From assembly GCA_963749495.1 (NCBI GenBank), contig CAVVMW010000010.1, positions 352,001 to 416,000 on the forward strand: a stretch of DNA of 64,000 bases. The letters run 5' to 3'. Made by a program: the position numbers and the translations under genes. This stretch comes from an uncultured bacterium (GTDB lineage Bacteria > Verrucomicrobiota > Verrucomicrobiia > Limisphaerales > UBA8199). The notes under the pieces are model-generated. The model saw only the letters and a program-made list of their open reading frames with translations. It searched no databases and had not been told where the DNA came from. Below are positions 60,876-64,000 of this stretch, in pieces (the stretch's first letter is position 1; each line of letters opens with the position of its first letter).

Positions 60876-61220
60876 CTAATTCCGCCGGTTGTCCCGGGCC
60901 AGTTCTTCGGGGGTCACGGCCAGGTCCAGCTTTTCGGTGTGGCGGATTACGGTGAGCCGCGATGGGATGCCGATCACCCTGGCGACGAGGTGCCGGTGCA
61001 GTTCGTCGATGCTAGAGACCGGCTTGCCCTCAAAGGCAACGATAACGTCGCCCTCGCGCAGACCGGCCCGGCTGGCGGGACTGCCGTCTTCGGTGACCGC
61101 CAGGTCGGTCTCGGGGTCTTCGCCGACCAGGCTCGCGCCGAACAGGCGGCCAGCGGCCAGCGTGACCTGCGTCCTGGCCGCGTCATGAACCACGTGGCTG
61201 TTGGTCAGGATGAACCCGGC
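60876..61220 (-). pseudogene. HtrA/DegP-like protease fragment with internal deletion
   Basis: GFILTNSHVV…GEDPETDLAV joined directly to the PDZ segment GSPASRAGLREGDVIVAF; the GNSGG catalytic region is absent. Confidence 0.75.
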
Positions 61221-61358
61221 GGGCAGTCATTTGGGGCGGGTCGTCTTGTCCTGGAGCCAGGCGACATCCGGGCTGCGGGGGCAGGGGATGGCCGGTTCGA
61301 TCACCATGTGACAATCTAAGTACTCGTGCAAAAATTAATTCCGGTTTTTTTGCCCGCA

Positions 61359-61581
61359 GGGCTTATCCCGACACCGCCCCCACCGCAGGGGGCGGGACCG
61401 GAGTGCGCCCGTCCTCGGGCGCAGCGACGTCCGGAGCCAGGCCAGCGGTCAAACACTCCAGCGCGCCTGCCCGTTCCGTCGCTGCTGCGCCCGAGGACGG
61501 GCGCACTCCGGACGCTTCGCGACCTCGGCGGAGCGTCCGTGCCTCGCGAAGCGTCTGGAGTGCGGCGCATACCGCCGCTCT
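61359..61581. repeat. 174-bp MITE family copy whose right end is replaced by another palindrome
   Basis: gggcttatcccgacaccgccccc…gggcgcactccg followed by gacgcttcgcga…tcgcgaagcgtc. Confidence 0.6.
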
Positions 61582-61702
61582 CGTGTCGCCCGCTTCAAAA
61601 TGTTGGAATTGCGCCCGAATCTCGGTCGTTATTCTTGCACAGGCCCTAAGCGCTCCCGCCCGAGAATCCTGGCAGGCCGCGAGCAAACTGGACCACCGCC
61701 GC

Positions 61703-63134
61703 CTACGCCACGCCGCCTTCCTCAATCACCTTGAAGCCCATGAGATCACCCAGGCTCCGCATCGGTTCCATGAAGTCGCCGTAGAAGACGACTCGGTGGA
61801 GCATCGCCATAACACCGGCATGGATTACACCTTCGCCGTAGTGAAGGAACAGCCGCTTGGCATTGGGCACGCTCTGGGCAAACTGGGTGCGGCAGGCCAT
61901 CGGGTTGGTGGTGGTTTCGAGGATTTTTCCCGGAGTAATGAGCAGCGTATCCAGATTCACCAATTTGGCGCAGGTCACTGCTTGCCCAACCCGATGCTCG
62001 ACCTGGAGGGACACCCCGGCTTTGCTGTCGCATTGGCTGCGGATGGTGAAGGGCAGGCGTGAGCCCGTCGGCCCGTCCATCTTCGTCACCGAGGTGCAGT
62101 GAAAATGCAGCAACGCATTCTTGGCGGTATCAACCACCGGGTCCGAGATGAAGCCCGGCACCCGGAACGCATAGGCAAAGAGCAGCATCGTGAGCGTCGA
62201 GTCCATGTCGCCCTCGCACGCCCCCACGAACCCGAGGTCGTTCAGTTTGCTGAACGTCAAGCAAGCGCGCGGATCCCCCATGCAATGGCAACTGGTAATG
62301 GCTTGGGCCTTCTCCCGAATCATCAGTTGCTTCACCGCCAGAAACAACTTGGCCGCCTCAATGATCCTTTCCCGGGTCGGCTCAACTATTTTCCTGGCCT
62401 TACTCAGCCAGGTACCTGCTCCGCCTCAACCTCCGCGGCGGCGGGGTCGATGCCCCTCCACATCTCCTTTACCTGGGCGTCGGTGACGTTAACCAACTCC
62501 GCGCCAAACGCATCCTTGATCACTTCGCCCGAGCAGGCGGCATTGGTGCCCTGCGGGGGCCCCAGGCAATGATGCGCGTCTGCTTGAGCCAGGCCGGCAC
62601 CCGCACCAGCGCCACCGCTCGATCGATCTCGCTCCAATCGCTGCTGGGCAGCAGCAGCAGTTTCCTGCCCCGCTTGCGCAATTCCGGGAAAAACATCCAA
62701 TCATGCCCGCTATAGGGTTCTGAGAATAAGACCGTCGGCAGTCCCACATCCGCGATCTTGCCCAAGACCGACGGGTCGCTGCCCGACATGTGGATGATCA
62801 GCACCGCATCGGCCGCCGCCTTCACTTTCTCTGCCAATTGGCCCGCGTCTGCTGGCGGAATCGTGTCTCCGCCCACGAATTGCACGTCACCGAGCTTTTT
62901 CTCCAACTCGCTGAGATATTGGTTGAACTTGGCCAGTTCCTCGGTGGGGCGGCTGAGGTAGAAATCCCCCGTTCGCCCGGCGAAAATCTTGTAAATCTTG
63001 ACCGGCGGCGGCTTGGCCAACTGGCCCGTGTCCGATGCCAAAAGCCGCGTGCCGAACAGCCCGGAGGCGAACAGGGCGCCGCCGGCGGCCGTGGTGCCCA
63101 GGAACTCTCGTCGATTGATCAAGTTATGCTTCAT
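61703..63134 (-). CDS. Tat-signal L-fucose isomerase-like protein (two frameshifts, near 62560 and 62410)
   Basis: NRREFLG signal; GACEGD, GFISDP, HFHCT, CRTQ, HRVVFYGD. Confidence 0.75.
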
Positions 63135-63542
63135 AGTGCTTCGGAGGTTTGCAGTGGTTTCAGGTTTGGGCGCGCTTGCTCGAATCGGTCCGGGGGCAGT
63201 TTTTCACGGCTAGGAATTGGCTTTCTTTGCCGCGCCGCCGATTTTGGACGCTTCGCGCGCCGGTGGTTGACGCTTCGCGGGTGAGGAAGAATTGATTTTC
63301 ACGCGCAGTCACGATGGCCGCAGGCTATGCGGCCGGGGGGCGGGCTTCAAGCAAAAACTTTTCCCGGCTTTTTCCCGGCCCGATGTCCGGGCCGCAAACC
63401 GGGACCGCCTCCACAAATTGGCCAGGTCGCCCCTCGGGCTCCCGGCTTCGCTTTGGAGTGAGTTCTGAAGTCCTCCCGTTGATGCCTGGTGCCGGGGAGT
63501 GATCTTCACTCCACGTCCGTGGGATGCACTACACAGGGACGG

Positions 63543-63583
63543 CCCCTCACCCCGGCCCTCTCCCCATCGGATGGGGAGAGGGA
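63543..63583. repeat. Half copy of the cccctcacccc repeat
   Basis: cccctcaccccggccctctccccatcggatggggagaggga. Confidence 0.65.
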
Positions 63584-64000
63584 GCATGGTTGGTCGCCAA
63601 GCAGTGTAGGGCAACCTGACGACTGGCTAATAGATTCGATCGCCTACTCTGTTCTCGCGGGGAATTATCAAAGAGCGAAGGCCGTGTCGAGCAGAATCAT
63701 TTCGCTGGGTTGGCACTTTTCGTACCACTCATGCCAATAGACGCTCCCTCGCAATCCAGAAGGCCCAAGCCGACACTCGTCAGCCTATTCACCATGGACC
63801 AGAATCCCTATTTGCCAATTCCGCAGGCCCTCAACAACGGAGGCCTTACAAAGTCCAATCCCTCCAACGGGCTGTCCAAGCACATGTCCATCAGCTCCAG
63901 TAAACCAACTCGCTCTTTCACGCTCCGATGTTGAATGTTCCGACGCGAACCCTGTCTATGTGATGCTGTCCAGCGAACTCTAATTGGGCCCAATCCGATA

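Noticed and set aside
15880..62570. About ten frameshifts (near 15887, 19123, 22209, 25037, 25405, 31965, 48750, 53635, 62410, 62560) as programmed frameshifting or mass pseudogenisation
   Set aside because: Mostly single-base indels, several in G/C runs, in unrelated genes that have no in-frame stops; best explained by long-read assembly error. No shared slippery motif.
63590..64000. Low-GC stretch at the window end as a gene
   Set aside because: Only short broken frames with no recognisable motif; cannot be called without the next window.
1..64000. tRNA, rRNA or tmRNA genes
   Set aside because: None recognised; the ssrA-like peptide near 15654-15686 is the in-frame end of a protein-coding ORF, not a tmRNA.

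Overview
GC-rich bacterial window, most likely from a Verrucomicrobiota (Pedosphaerales-like) genome. This is inferred from the DUF1501/PSD1 pair, the large secreted Ig/LamG proteins and the dense intergenic palindromes. About ten single-base frameshifts in otherwise intact genes suggest long-read assembly errors. Layout: (i) 0-6 kb: tandem PC4-like protein, degenerate P-II, GNAT and GH51. (ii) 6-17 kb: defence island with a helicase-less Type ISP-like/IIG R-M enzyme, an orphan Cap12/Pycsar-type TIR protein, a 5'-truncated PLD-SNF2 helicase and a CmdTAC-like toxin-antitoxin-chaperone operon (ADP-ribosyltransferase toxin, antitoxin with a duplicated aromatic motif and an ssrA-like tail AANQDLALAA, SecB-like chaperone). 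(iii) 17.7-36.6 kb: sugar catabolism and ABC genes, a PSD1/DUF1501 pair and a large RCC1/Ig/VWA protein. (iv) 36.8-56.3 kb: MNT plus HEPN remnant and giant secreted proteins. (v) 57-61.3 kb: patchwork of gene fragments, then a Tat-signal isomerase-like gene. At least five remnants of one RAYT-like (Y1 HUH) transposase family end in a TGACCCC-type motif, and that motif sits at the junctions of foreign or truncated genes. Several MITE families with TIRs and target-site duplications carry REP-like palindromes inside them.
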